A DNA stretch of 64,000 nucleotides from Eledone cirrhosa. Its lineage: Eukaryota. The DNA lies in assembly GCA_964016885.1 (NCBI GenBank), contig OZ024740.1:118420001-118484000 (forward strand), in the 5' to 3' direction. A program made the position numbers and the translations under genes. This document shows positions 13,000 through 27,291 of this stretch, piece by piece. Within the stretch, counting starts at the first letter, position 1; each line of letters begins with the position of its first letter. A model generated the notes under the pieces. The model saw only the letters and a program-made list of their open reading frames with translations. It was not told the origin of the DNA and made no database searches.

Positions 13000-14750
13000 A
13001 TTTAAAAGCTTGTGCTAAATTTTAATTTTAGTAAATTGTGTATTTGTTCAGTTTCAGTATTTTTTAAAACCTCATTGATTTGTGGCTCCAAATAAATTTC
13101 ATCTTTTATCTTTGCCTCACACTTGGACATTTCTTTTTAGAAAAGTAGCAGACTGTTGAATTGACTTTATCCATTACTATTAAAATCATTTTCATTAAAC
13201 CAAGTTTATTAAGGAGAGATAGTAGAAATATTTTCTTAGGGTCATTTGAAGGAACAATCAGACTTAATATAGTGATCTATGGTAGTAGAACTGTCCTATA
13301 ACCATATGAAGCAACATTATTTTGTAAATTCTGCTAGCATTTCCACTAGCATGCCAATAACTATGAGATCTCTACAGAAATTCCATTGCTAAACACCATC
13401 CTGAATGGTGTCAAGCAGTACATCTATGTTATCAATCATGGCTTTGTATACCTTTGATGCAGTAGAACTGCTTTCAAGTTTTTTTGTGAAGAATTAATAA
13501 AGAGATGTCAGTCAGATGATAAATACAGAGGAACATTTCTGAATATCTTATTAATATCATTAGAAAAGCAAAGCAGGCTATCTTCTTTAAAGCATATTGC
13601 CATATTAAAACTTCTGTTTTGATAATCAATCTCTAGCTTATGTTTGTCATGTAAATAAACATTTTGTCTTTTCTTAAAACAATGATAGTCTCTAATAAGA
13701 TCATTCAGGTGCTCCTGACTTTGGCTCCAAATTTCCTTCAGATATTTACACCCATTGCACACTTTATAAGTTGTGGAAGAGAATGAGCTTTGCTGCATCG
13801 TGTTGGGCTTGCATACATGTTGAATATGTTTAGTTGACAATCTTTGTTAATTCTTTATGAAAAACGCAACTGTATTAACACTACAAAAATAGCAGCCATG
13901 TACTTGAGAAAAGGCAGTGATCATTGCTTTTTGATCAACCAATCATAATCTACTTAAACAAAATAGAGTCGATATGGTGCCCACTATTATCTTGGTAATT
14001 TATATGACAAAAAAAATATTTCTAGTATATATTTACAAAATCTATTGTGATGGTTTTGTATAGTGCCACACAAATATCAGAGAAGGTCTGGATGGTGTTT
14101 AGGTTTACAAGTCATGATGATGAAATGGTAATATTCTGAGAAAATATTCTAAAAAGTACAAAATATTTATAAAATAATAAATGGCTTCCTCTCAAATAAA
14201 ACTTATACGTGTTATTGAAAAACCAAAGAAAGTTTTAAAATCACGTTCAAAAATTCTCCATCTAAAATAATCTTTGATGGAAATTTGTTTGTGACCAGTA
14301 GTTGGTACTTTAATCTGATAAACAGATAATACTACATTAAGTAGGACTACAATACATAGAAACAGACATGGAGATCTACAAGGTTTTGGCACTTGATCTG
14401 GCTATATGCTTTGTTTTATTAATCTAAAGTGATCAATGTCTTGTTGAACCAGAATTGAAACCCCACTGTAATTTTGTCATAATTTGAAAACATAAAATTC
14501 AGTATCTTTGAATGAATCTAAATTTTTCTTTTGATCTAAAATCTTTTGTATTACAAGTCTTTCTCACACTACTCCTATGTATACTTTCTATACTCACAAT
14601 ATATTTTCAGGTTGCTTGAAACATCCATTCACAATAGTTTATCTGAGTATGTCTTTAATGCATATCTATTTTTCTCAACACATTTGTTTTCAACATATAA
14701 CCTAATATTTTCAATGAAAACTCTATGAACTCAATTCAATTCAGACTATA
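13000..14750 (-). pseudogene. Decayed coding-like segment
   Basis: Minus-strand runs of protein-like sequence (13508-13840, 14192-14392) broken by stops and frameshifts. No family recognised. Confidence 0.3.
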
Positions 14751-15056
14751 TCAATCACTATAAATGTTCTACAATCGCAGTTCACATTTAAGTAGCATTC
14801 AGTATTCAGTGTTAGATTTCTTACACATGCTTCATGTGGTGTGCTTTTGGAAAGAAAGAATCTTTTTGTTGTCAGAAATCTCATGAAGAGCAGCAGCAGC
14901 AACAAAATGGACAACACTAATGGATAATAGATCCTTTATAGCAACAAGGTTAGTACAAGTATACATGTTATGATAAAACACAGTTAGAACAATACAACAT
15001 AGATAAAGCACACACTCAGATTTATGATATATATATATATATACATATATATATAT

Positions 15057-15200
15057 CATCATCATCATCATCAACGTTTAACGTCCGTGTTCCACGCTTG
15101 CATGGGTTTGGACGGGGGTATTCCCACTTGAGGCAAGAGTGATTGTCTGGCAGGTTTTCTACAGTTGGATGCCCTTCCTAACACCAACCACATTTACAGT
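15057..15200 (-). mobile_element. RTE 3'-end fragment
   Basis: (CAT)n followed by aacgtttaacgtccgtgttccacgcttgcatggg, the reverse complement of the RTE terminus at 12620-12676. Confidence 0.8.
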
Positions 15201-17385
15201 GATAGGGACTGGGGTCCATATCATTCCACTGCAAAGTGGTCGTGGAGATGCCATGGCAAAAAAGCACCCACCACTCACTGTATATGAGGTTCGTGTTAGG
15301 AAGGGCATCCAGCTGTAGAAATCAAGCCAGCATCAGTTCCCGTCCCACCCTTGCAAGCAAGGAAAAAGCGGATGTAAAATGAAATGATGATGAAATGATA
15401 TACGTATGTATATATATACATATAAGATATGTGATTATAGTGTAGTACTTCACAATTTTCTTTGATAAAATGAGAGAATCTCAGTGCACATTACCGTCCT
15501 TAGTTTCTTGGGAGTACAAACTGGATGATTAAATATACAGTTAAAATATACTGTTGTTAATGGCAGTATATCATCATCATCATCATCAACGTTTAACGTC
15601 CATGTTCCACGCTTGCATGGGTTTGGACGGGAGTTTTCCCACTTGAGGCAAGAGTGGTTGTCTTGCTCGCATAGGACTGTCTGGCGGGTTTTCTACACCT
15701 GGATGCCCTTCCTAACACCAACCACATTTACAGTGTGGGACTGGGAGGTTTTTACCGTGTTGCCTACACGGCCACATTACAGCGTGGACCGTGTGTTTTT
15801 TTGTCGTGACACCTACATGATCTCATTTGTTTCGGCCTGGATGGTGTGGCATCAACATAACTTTACATAGGAGGGGGTGGTGTGGATGAGGTGGGGGTGG
15901 TGGGACGGGGGTGTATTTTGTAGAGATGCTTACTGGCTGTAGTAGGTTTTATACTATGTATTTAGGTAAGGCGGGTCTTCTTAATTACTGAGTACCGCCA
16001 AATATATATAAATATATATATATATCATTTCATTCATCATCATTTCATTTTACGTCTGCTTTTTCCCTGCTTGCAAGGGTGGGACGGGAACTGATTCTGG
16101 CTTGATTTCTACAGCTGGATGCCCTTCCTAACACCAACCTCATTTACAGTGAGTGTTATGTGCTTTTTTGCCATGGCACCTCCACGACCACTTTGCAGTG
16201 GAATGATATGGACCCCAGTCCCTATCATCTCATTTCTACAGCTGAGTAAACTGGAGCAATGTGAAATAAAGTGTCTTGCTCAAGGAAACAACACATCACC
16301 CAGTCTGAGAATTGAACTCACAACCTTTTGATTGCAAGGCCAATGCTCTAACCACTAAGCCATGTGCCTCCATGTATATATATACATATAAATGCATATG
16401 TATATATACATATATATATATATACATATGGAGGCACATGGATTAGTGGTTAGAGCATTGGCCTTGCAATTGAAAGGTTGTGATTTCAATTCTCAGACTG
16501 GGTGATGTGTTGTTTACTTGAGCAAGACACTTTATTTCACATTGCTTCAGTTTACTCAGCTGTAGAAATGAGATGATAGGGACTGGGGTCTATATGATTC
16601 CACTGCAAAGTGGTCGTGGAGGTGCCATGGCAAAAAAGCACCCACCACTCACTGTATATGAGGTTCGTGTTAGAAAGGGCATCCAGCTGTAGAAATCAAG
16701 CCAGCATCAGTTCCCGTCCCACCCTTGCAAGCAAGGAAAAAGCGGATGTAAAATGAAATGATGATGAAATGATATACGTATGTATATATATATATACATA
16801 TAAGATATGTGATTATAGTGTAGTACTTCACAATTTTCTTTGATAAAATGAGAGAATCTCAGTGCACATTACCATCCTTAGTTTCTTGGGAGTACAAACT
16901 GGATGATTAAATATACAGTTAAAATATACTGTTGTTAATGGCAGTATATCATCATCATCATCATCATCATCATCGTTTAACGTCCATGTTCCACGCTTGC
17001 ATGGGTTTGGACGGGAGTTTTCCCACTTGAGGCAAGAGTGGTTGTCTTGCTCGCATAGGACTGTCTGGCGGGTTTTCTACAGCTGGATGCCCTTCCTAAC
17101 ACCAACCACATTTACAGTGTGGGACTGGGAGGTTTTTACCGTGTTGCCTACACGGCCACATTACAGCGTGGACTGTGTGTTTTTTTGTCGTGACACCTAC
17201 ACGATCTCATTTGTTTCGGCCTGGATGTTGTGGCACCAACATAACTTTACATAGGAGGGGGTGGTGTGGATGGGGTGGGGGTGGTGGGACAGGGGTGTGT
17301 TTTGTTAGAGATGCCTACTGACTGTAGTAGGTTTTTACTTTGTATTTAGGTAAGGCGGGTCTTCTCTATTACTGAGTACCGCCAA
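15201..17385. repeat. Local direct duplication, about 800 bp (15201-16000 and 16574-17385, offset about 1.38 kb)
   Basis: SINE tail + unique spacer + RTE 3' end repeated nearly identically; ORFs at 15613 and 16997 translate almost identically. Confidence 0.9.
16025..16772. mobile_element. Head-to-head pair of RTE-tailed tRNA SINEs (16025-16372 minus; 16428-16772 plus)
   Basis: Two near-identical ~345-bp copies in inverted orientation separated by about 55 bp of TA-rich spacer. Confidence 0.88.
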
Positions 17386-17862
17386 AGGTCTCGGTCCAGT
17401 GACATTGTCTTGGAGAGGTGTAAGTGTGTGAGGTCGGAATTTATCAGCTCGTCCCAGGTTTTTCTGGGTCTGCATACTCCGTGGCTACCGTCTATCTTTA
17501 TTGCCCTGCACTTTGTTATACAGCTGTCGTCTTTCATGCGCATCGCGTGACCATACCAACGTAGCCTTCTCTCGAGTAAACAACATCTGATCCCTCTTAT
17601 TTCTAATTTTTTCCTTAGTTCATTTATGCTTTACCATTCACGTATATTACTATTAATTACACATCCAGCGGAGCATGCAAGCTTCGTTTTTCTCCTGTCT
17701 GCATAGATCCTCTGCACACAATGCCCATGTCTCACTACCATATAACATTGCTGTTCGTATGCAGGCATCATACAGTCTGCCTTTCATTTTTAGAGAGAAA
17801 CCTTAAGCGGCCAATAGTGGTATAAGCTCTCTGAACTTTTTCCATCCTGTTCTGACTCTAGC
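16948..17862 (-). mobile_element. 5'-truncated RTE LINE, related subfamily
   Basis: Minus translation ARVRTGWKKFRELIPLLAA..KMKGRLYDACIRTAMLYGSETW...MRMKDDSCITKCR parallels the C-terminus of the 10748 ORF. (CAT)n tail at 16948-16974. Confidence 0.9.
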
Positions 17863-20800
17863 AAAAGAATTCAGAAAATTTGTTAGCAAAGCAGTGATAA
17901 TATCAAGGGAAGAGCAACTCATTTAGAATAACAAAATCTGAGAATACAATAATTTCTTGTAAATACAGATCTGTCATCTATCTTTTGACTACATATATGA
18001 TTATCAAACAAGCCAATGAGGAAGCCTTTATGTAAATGATTGATTCATGAGAAAGAGCAGCCAAAATCTCTCAAATTACTCTTATTGTTTGAGTAAGAAA
18101 AATGACACATTGAACAATATAATTCTAGATATACGAAAATGTTGGATGATCATTGCCTAAGTGCCTTTGCTGATAAATTTTCAGAATTAGAGCAGGTCTG
18201 GAGCTTAATCAACAACAACAAAAAGGCCCGTGGGCACCTTCTGCATGGAAACAAACTCAGAGAGCTAACAATGTTAATGTAGTGAACCAATATTTTATAA
18301 TCAATTATAATTATTACCCTAGGGAGGCAAAAAAGTCATTGGGTTAAGGAATAATCTTAATCAAAAAGCTCTGTGAAAATAATGCTGGGATTTAATTTAA
18401 TTAGAATTCCTTAAATATAGAATGCAATGAAGAGTGAGCCTGTAGCAAGCTACTTTCCTTTGGCGCATTGATATCCTGTCCGTATGTGCTTTGGCTAAGT
18501 TAGGCCAATCGTGATCCGTGCATGGATATGTATTTTCAACTTCTGTCCAAACCGAGACATTCCCACTTCTTTTAATAAACTATTTCTCTTTTTCTTTTAA
18601 TAAACCAATTCTTCTTTTTCTCCGCAAACATTACCCGACATGTAACTGCAACAGTGTAACCACGGCCTGGCTAACACTTCAGCCAGTGAACCGTGCCTTC
18701 TCTTGCAATCTTAATTTGTTCATTACATTTGTTTGGCATACCAGCACAACTCACTTCAACCTTCGTTAATAAATTACATTTATTGTTACAACAAACTAGA
18801 TATTGTCGTCGACATTATTTTATCTTACTTCTAAACTGGTTACTATTACTTGCTGCGATATTGGTGATACAAACAATACAATAATGAATATTATCATTCT
18901 CGTTAATATCATGTAAAATACTTCTAAAAGCTTGATATTTGGCAGTATATTTACAACACTGGATATATGTTGGTCATTGAGAATCAGTAAATTCAGTCAC
19001 TGATATACAAAATAAGAAGATAACAAAAAGCATCTCTGTGGTTGGAATAGCAGCCAAATCTTCCCTCAATAAAGACAATTTACTTCATGATAAGTTGAAG
19101 ACAGGTTTGATATGACTGAAATACCTTTTTAGATCTGCTCAATCTTTGGGCTAAACAACAACATTGTAAGCAGTTTTGATAGGTCTGCTTGATTAGGCTG
19201 ACCAGGAGCTAAAGAACAACAACAATATTCAGTCAAACTGATTGTTATCACTATGATAGACTGTTTGTAAACTGATTTTTAGAGAACATTGGAATAGAAA
19301 TATGTTTAAAGATGATTATGAAAAGAAGTAAATTCATAAAGACAGTTAATATGCAGTTAAATAATGATGTTGATATTAATGAATAAGAACAGTCACATCA
19401 ATAAATAAGAAATAAATGGACAAAACAGAATGCAACATTGTTGGCAAATTAACTCTTAGCAGTAGAAACTTCTAGGGTCACCTCCGTACTCACCACCATC
19501 AGCACTGAGTTGGCTACCTGCAGGTGTGAGCCATGCAAGCTTGAATGGCTCTTCCAGCATGTCTCCCTCACCATTCTCTGGGGAAACACTCTATTCTGTC
19601 TACTGGGGTCATAGGGCAGCCAGCACATGGGCCCCATTTGCTCATAATAGGGAGACATAGTGGTAGTGGTAGTTTGGTTCCTTTGTGTTCAGACCTGGTG
19701 TATACCACTTAGTTGAAAATAACTAAAATTGGTTTGCTAATTCAAATGTTTATAGTGTCTTTACAAGTAAAGATTCATTGTGAAAATTTGTACTTCTATT
19801 TTTAATGTGATGCTGTCAGAGTGCTGTTTTATTCTTTCTAAGAACATCATGCTATGTGGTTTCATATGGTACAGGATTCTAATATTTAACCTACTACAAA
19901 TATAGAATTTAACTCTAACAAAAAAAAGTAATCGTCACTACTACATTAACATTACTATTAATATCACATATATAGCTGCTATGATTGGAAGACAAATAGC
20001 AAAGCACAACAATTAAGGACAAACATCTTGTATACAGTAGCAATATATATTTACTACACGAAGTAGCTAAGACCTTCTATTAGAAAATTATTAAAAGGTA
20101 GCTATCATCTTTAACATGAATGTATAACAGGGAATAGCAGAAGACTGATTTGAATAGACATGAATAGAAAAATCATATAACATTTTTCTCAATTATCCAA
20201 AGAACAGACAGATATAACAAAATCCTGGAGTGTAAGACAAATAAGTAAATCAAAGTGAATCCTAAGAAGAAAATATAAGATTAAAGAGACAGAAAATATA
20301 CAAATATTATAGTTAAAAAAATAACTTTAGCAGAGCCAATAATCAGTATTTCACAGTCTTCATGCAGCACCAAAAATCATATAACAGCCTTCAAATCCCA
20401 GACATAAAGTTGAGATTGAGGGTCCCCATAGAACAACATATGTCAATGTTCATTCAGCAAAAATGGAATATGTTCTAAATATAAGAGATGTAAGATGACT
20501 GTAATCCATGGCAAAACTGCAAAGAATTCAAAACAAACAAATCAATTGATTATATGATTTCTAGTCCTAATAAAAATCAAACAAAGCAAATTGAGTAAAT
20601 CTAAACTCTGGAAATTGTGCTAATATTATAAAATTGGTTTAGAAAACAGATAGAACCAACATATATTACATTTGTCTGAAAATGTTACTGCTCTAATAAT
20701 CTGAGACATGCTTGTTAACACTTACAAAAAGAGAGAAAATTACAAATTGTCCAGATATCGTTGTTAAGAACCACAAAGGCAAAAACGAGTGCTTGCAAAC

Positions 20801-23800
20801 AAAATTTTCAATTTCAGCAGATGAAAATGTTTCCCTGGAGGAGCTGGCAAAACTGTTATATGTAGAAAAATAAATAAAATATTTGGATTGAAAACTCAAA
20901 CAATCTTAGTAACAATAGCTGTTCTGGGATTAATAAAAGGAAATGAATGAAAATAGATACATAAACACAATGTCCAGATTACACATATTGTACCACATAC
21001 ATACAGTTGCAGTGGTGTATACAGCACACATATTATATTAACACCAACATTATAGTAAATATAAAGATAAAACCTATGACTGTAAACATTAAAGTGCTAG
21101 TGAACCTGTGAAACAAGGTGAAGCTGATGATACAGCAGTTATATGCATGATATTAAAATACTTTAACTTATATAATAATGATTTCTGTCATAGACAAAAT
21201 ATATATCATATATTAAATCAGTCTTCATACAATATTAATCATTCTATTAATTATGGTGGATGAAATGCAAAGTCGATCTGGAAGGATTTGAACTCATAAC
21301 AGGAAGCAAATATTTAATTTGTTCAGGTGCCTACTATTGCAGAGACATAGTAATATTGCTATCTCAATGCTCTACCAATTCAGCAGCATCCAGAGCCCAC
21401 AAGAGAAATTTTGCAAGATAGAACAGGACAGCTTCTACCCACCCAGCCTTACTAACATTTATCAGAATTAAGGACATAAGGTCAATTTAGACGTTAAATT
21501 CTTAATTAAGCCTTTTCATTAAAGATAACTGTACAAAAAATTAGTGCATTGGGAAAAAAACTTAACGTATTGAATCGAATACCTTATATTATTTTTTTCA
21601 GGCTGGAATGCCTTGTATTTTTTGTCTCAGGTCTCTGCACTCAGCATTCAAATCATGCTGAGGTTAACTTTACCTGTTATCTTTCTGGGTTTAATGAAGA
21701 AAGTAGTTGTATTAGACTAGACTAGAGAAAGATGAAGGCATCTTTCTCTTTCTCCCTTTCTTTCTGGAAGAAAATGGCTTGTTGTCAGACCTGGAAAGAG
21801 ATGTTCTCTACCAGGTTTAGAAGTCCAAGATATGTGTATCAAATGTAGCAAAGCCGCATAGAAAAGGTATTCTCTAACTGAGTGATGTGTGCTGGGTGGG
21901 CTGGATCTGTAAAAAGGTATCTCAGCAATGGCAATCAGTAGTGATAATCCCAATTTTCAGAAAGGGAAACGAGAGAGAGAGATTGCTCCAATTATAGAAG
22001 GATCTCCTTGTTAAACCTCCCCATTAAAGTCGATGCTAAGTGTCTGGCAAAGAGATGTAGGGATTTCACATTTTTAAATTCAAAATTTCTTATCTCTTCT
22101 ATGTCTTCAAATAGTTTGCTATGGTTGTGATTTGAAGATTGAGAAGCTGCTTATTACTTTTATAGTTCAAGATAATAAGGTAAACATAAGGATAATAAAG
22201 GTTATTTGTTTCATCTTGAAGCCTATAATGAGAATCTGTGTTACTTAATTCTTTTCCTTTTTACTAATTGATATAACTTATAGCTTGAGATCATTACATT
22301 GTAACACTATTTTCTATAATCAATTACTCTGGCCAATCAGTAAATTGTGTAAGACTGACAAGGCTTTTATAGCATATATTGCTCTCATTTAATATTGAAT
22401 ACATTTTCTTAATTGTTGTGGTGAAGGCTGCTAATGCTGAACCAATTTGCAATTTATGATATCAGGAAAGTTAAATTAGAAAGCAAGCAAGCAAATGCCT
22501 ATCGGAAACAAAGTTGATTCATCAAAAATGAACCCTAAAAAGATATGTGTACTCTTTGATGATTTTAGCACAAATACTACAAAAAAAAAATACGTTGGTT
22601 TTGTAACACATATTTCAGTTGATTCATATATTAATTCCATGACAATTTCTTTTAAATCCTCAACTATCTCCTTACATAAAGCCAGAGAAGTAGCATACAT
22701 TCAACTGAATAATAAATAATTAAATGTAATTAACGAACCTAGGTTATATTTTCTGAAAATTTGTCTACATACTGAGCTTCCATTTTCAGAAATATCAAGT
22801 TGAATTTATATGTGATCTTAAATCAGACACAATTTGGACAATTTGAGAAGAGCAACTGATTTACAGGGATATTGAAACCCGAATATATCTGAAAGTACTG
22901 TTTATGGGTATTATCACTCATCGCTTCAATGAATATAATGGTTTATTGGATTCATATGAAAGATAGATAGCTCCAGATAAACAATTAATAATATAAATGC
23001 AGGTTTACATGCTTGCAAACATTTGAAATTAATGCAATGGAAGGGGACTGCACAGGTTTCTATTTTAGATGAGATAATTAAATATTTACTAGCTTCTCTT
23101 TGCTTCTTTGGATCTCAGACTGATGTACTGGATGAACGCCCTCTTATATACTTTTACATATAATACTAATAATAATTAATGACAATGATACTGCACCTTC
23201 AATGCCCTAAGAAATATCTATTGACATTGGTAAAATAACGATGAGGAAAAGCAAAAGCAAATAGTGAAAAGCACACAAGACGACTTGTGTAAACAATGTA
23301 TTAAGATATTATATTGTATAATATAAGTACTGTAATGCAAATCATCACACTAATTGTTAATTATCTCCAAAAAGTAACACATTAATAGATAACAGATCAA
23401 ATCACCAGCATACTCTACCCTTGAAAAACAATACAAACATGAACAGTATCATTCCCCCCAATATTTAAAATGAAATACATACCTAAAATTAGATTCAATA
23501 AGTACAGAAACAAAACAAAAACCATAAATAAATAAACTGATACCTGATGGAAAGGATAACAATCTAAATATTGGGTCAGACTTTATTCTTTAAATTCTAT
23601 AAATAAAATAAAAAAGGCATAAATGGATATGAGATGAATAGGTTTATATACTGTATGCATATTTTACAGCTACACTATAACCCGCTAAAAAACGTGACTA
23701 CTACAGCATACAGCTAGAATATCTAGGTATAACAAAGTTGATCATCTAAAAGCTGCTGAATATCTTAAAGCTAAAGAATAGAAAATTTAAAAATAGAGAA

Positions 23801-24112
23801 TACTTAATGAAAATACAAGCCACAAACACTGAGAATATAAAAAATCGTTAAAGTTATAAACATGAGAACGTAAATCTTGAAGACAGAGTTGACACATTCA
23901 AAGCCAACAAAACAACTACCAAAATATAGCATAATTACAGAATATTGTCAAACAATTTCTAAATCAGAACTATACAAATGAAAATATGAATAGAAGTGAA
24001 TATGAGAAAAAAATTAAGAAAACGAATTTGGTAGATGGAAATATTTATTTGTTGTCAAGTGTCTGATGAGAAATTCTAAAGTTGGTGCAAACTTATTTTG
24101 TAATCCCTTTAC

Positions 24113-25053
24113 CAGGCTGTATTGCTAAAAACATCTGGAAGTCTAAATTTACAGAAATGTCTTCCTCTCTTCTGTTTCTTTTCTTCCCTTCATACTTGCT
24201 TCTCTTTGATGAAACATCCTATCTCTCCAAATCCAATATTAACTAGCTCCAGCAAAGAGGTAGACAAAGTTTTACTACTATGATATGTAAGAACCTTCAT
24301 TCATTAATTCCAGGGCAGGTTGAATTGACTCAAAGTGTTTGGAAAAATTTACAGTTGAAACATTTTTAGTTCTCTTTTTGATAAATCTGATTAATATTCC
24401 AGGTGTCACATTCTTTCCACATGTGTCAATTTTTCTGGGGTTATTACTTTGCAGTTTACTTTGTCTAGAGAAGCTCCACATTTCCACTGATCGCAGAGTT
24501 GGGGCTGATGTATGCACTCATTGAGGTATCTATATGGCAAAGCTCTTAATTTCAGGGCCCTTCTTAGATAGTTTGACTGAATCTTGAGTGCTTTTCATCA
24601 TCGCACTGAATTGCCTGCAATTGTAAAATGTCCCGAGATAGTGTCAGCATCGACACAAATCTGGAGTGAATAGGATTATCCAGGGTCAATGGGAAGGGGC
24701 TCAGAAGGCTTTCTCTGCTCTGGGGCTAAAAGTAGATGCCTCAAATGGAATGCTACCGTTAATTACATTTTTACTCCATCACACATCCTAAATGCTGCAA
24801 CAGAGGTGGGGGTTACTGCATCCATATTCAAATGGAATAAAATGATCCAATACGATAATTTGTTAGTGAATTACTTTTTTTAAGCTGTGGGTTTCAAGAT
24901 ATTCTGGGAAGCTAAACTGCTGAAAATGAAACTTTTGCCAGTTGTTGGTATTATTTATCAAAGTGCTGGATGATGATTGGAGGCAGGGTCTTGTTGATCC
25001 TGTACCTCACCCTCACCATCACCTGTGATCATGCTTTGGGTGTTTTGCATTGC
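24113..25053 (-). pseudogene. Decayed large exon-like segment
   Basis: Candidate acceptor ttttatcag at 25054-25055 and donor gtaaag at 24112. Remnant peptides NAKHPKHDHR*W*G*GTGSTRPCLQSSSST and DVSSKRSKYEGKKRNRREEDISVNLDFQMFLAIQP; the TGA stops fit CGA>TGA decay. Confidence 0.4.
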
Positions 25054-26460
25054 CTGATAAAAGCTTTGAGGAAAACATCAGCATTCTGCATTGAAATGTA
25101 TGTTTTTTTTTCCTTTTTACTTATTTTTATTGTTATTGTTTATTTATTTTGTTGACTAAACACTGAATAAATATGCTCTGAATCTAAAGGTGGAAACAGT
25201 TAAAACATTACATTTATTGATTTTACTACAAACCAGCAAAATGTAGCAATAAAATAGAAACAACAAAAGAAAATGTAGACCTGACCATTGTAGATTTAAC
25301 AATTTTATGACAATAATTTTTAATGAAATACAAAAATTAAGTGTTTCAATTATTAAGAAAAACAACAAATAATGTGGATGGATTTAGTAGAATGATGTTT
25401 TCCTTAATTTGATGTTTGAAGCATGATTTAACTGAAAGTTTATGCATAACATTATGTTGGAGAGTGTTAATTTAAATAGAATTTTTTTTTAAAGTGAAAG
25501 GTGTTCAATCATGGAACCAAAAGTCATCTCAGTCAGGTGTCAAAAGGGTTAATGAAAATAAATTCAAGAATCAATATCACTATAATAAAACAAACAATCA
25601 ATGCAACAGCCACGGTAGTAACAAAGGAAGCTAGGTACTTCCTCAAAATGACACATATAGGGGTGAGGAAGAGACAAATATTGCAGAAAGATAACATAAT
25701 AAAACAATGTTTCTAAAACAAGCAATTTCTAATATGTTGTGATGATTGACAATTATGTTTTAGCCCTTTCATGACCATATTTATAATGAAAGATTCTGAC
25801 AATGTGTTTTAATAGTTTTTGAAACAATAAAGAATATTGAGGGATTTAATAATATAATCAAATGTCTCATTTTAAGCTGTTAGGGGTATGATAGATTAAT
25901 GTTCTTACAGGAAATTATAGTGGAAGGTGATTAGATGAATATATATCCTTGTAAATTAATAGGTTTGTATTATAGAGCTATGGGGCAGTTTCAAATGGTT
26001 TGGTATCAAAAGGGTTATACAAATCAAACTGTAAAAACAAAATAGAAATCCATTGAGTACCAACAGCAAGAGAAGCAGAATAATTTCTGAGAGAAGTGGG
26101 CACAGTGAAAGGTTCACTTATGAATGAGAATGTTCAAAAGAACTACTGAGCAATCCTAAGCAATAACAATATAAGATGTAGCTAAGATGCAACATAAAAA
26201 ATATCGCAAAGTGATAAAGTTCCAAACATCTGGTCAAAATGTTAAATAGATACACATAAACAGTGGGCAAAAATATTTACTGAAGTAATACAAAGATACC
26301 TTTCTGTCTATACATACAACGTTTTAGCTACAATAATAATTCTGGCCCATTCCAGTATGAAAAATGGAAGGGAAAATAATGATGATTATTTTGTAGTAGG
26401 TCCTGACTAGTAAAACACATTCTTAATCATGTATGTATCTTCATAAATTGTTCAAATAAA

Positions 26461-26660
26461 NNNNNNNNNNNNNNNNNNNNNNNNNNNNNNNNNNNNNNNN
26501 NNNNNNNNNNNNNNNNNNNNNNNNNNNNNNNNNNNNNNNNNNNNNNNNNNNNNNNNNNNNNNNNNNNNNNNNNNNNNNNNNNNNNNNNNNNNNNNNNNNN
26601 NNNNNNNNNNNNNNNNNNNNNNNNNNNNNNNNNNNNNNNNNNNNNNNNNNNNNNNNNNNN
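26461..26660. other. Assembly gap (200 N)
   Basis: Run of N. Confidence 1.
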
Positions 26661-27220
26661 TCAATAGAACAAATGATTCACTACACGATTCTTAGATGAG
26701 ACCTGAACATTTTATAATTTTCTTTCTTATATATGATCTTGTTTCTTTATTTCTTGGCATTAAGACAAAACACAATTGTTTTCAGCTTATATACATAAGT
26801 AGACACAAAATTATCTTCAAACTTTAATCTAACTCCTAAAAGAAAAATATATAAAGAAATAAATCACATCCAATAAAAAGCCATCCAAATAATTACAGCA
26901 GACAGTTATTTCTGCTAGCCTAATAATAACTATAAACTTAAAGCACTATGATTGCCATCTGCTAACATCACCCATAACCACTGTCATCATTCATCCCCCA
27001 ACTACTAGCAACATTTTACAAGCCAAGGAATGATGGGGTCATTACCTGGAAGTTTAGCTTGCAAGGTGTAACAATCAAATCTCTCAAATCACAGCCTATA
27101 ATCTAATACATATACTGTGTCTAAAACTAAACAAGAGAAGGTCACTGTGAGGATATCTTTTACCACAATTCAGCATGATCATGGCTAAACTGGCGCTAAT
27201 CAACAACAACATAAACAATT

Positions 27221-27268
27221 CTTATTTCTAATATCACTTTTCCAATGAAAAGTGATATTAGAAATAAG
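27221..27268. repeat. Perfect 22-bp-arm hairpin
   Basis: cttatttctaatatcacttttc-caat-gaaaagtgatattagaaataag. Confidence 0.9.
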
Positions 27269-27291
27269 TAAAAACTGAATGCAGTTTTTAC

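Noticed and set aside
16428-16500. tRNA gene candidates (also near 3700-3780 and 16300-16372)
   Set aside because: These are SINE heads continuous with the SINE body and RTE tail.
21672-21674. Minus-strand splice donor for the 21.7-22.2 kb block
   Set aside because: It falls inside an old plus-strand SINE relic, so it is probably coincidental.
24063-24080. CTGATGA...GAAA hammerhead-like words
   Set aside because: No room for helix II and no helix I or III pairing; chance match.
26452-26664. 70-aa ORF of X residues
   Set aside because: Artefact of the N gap.
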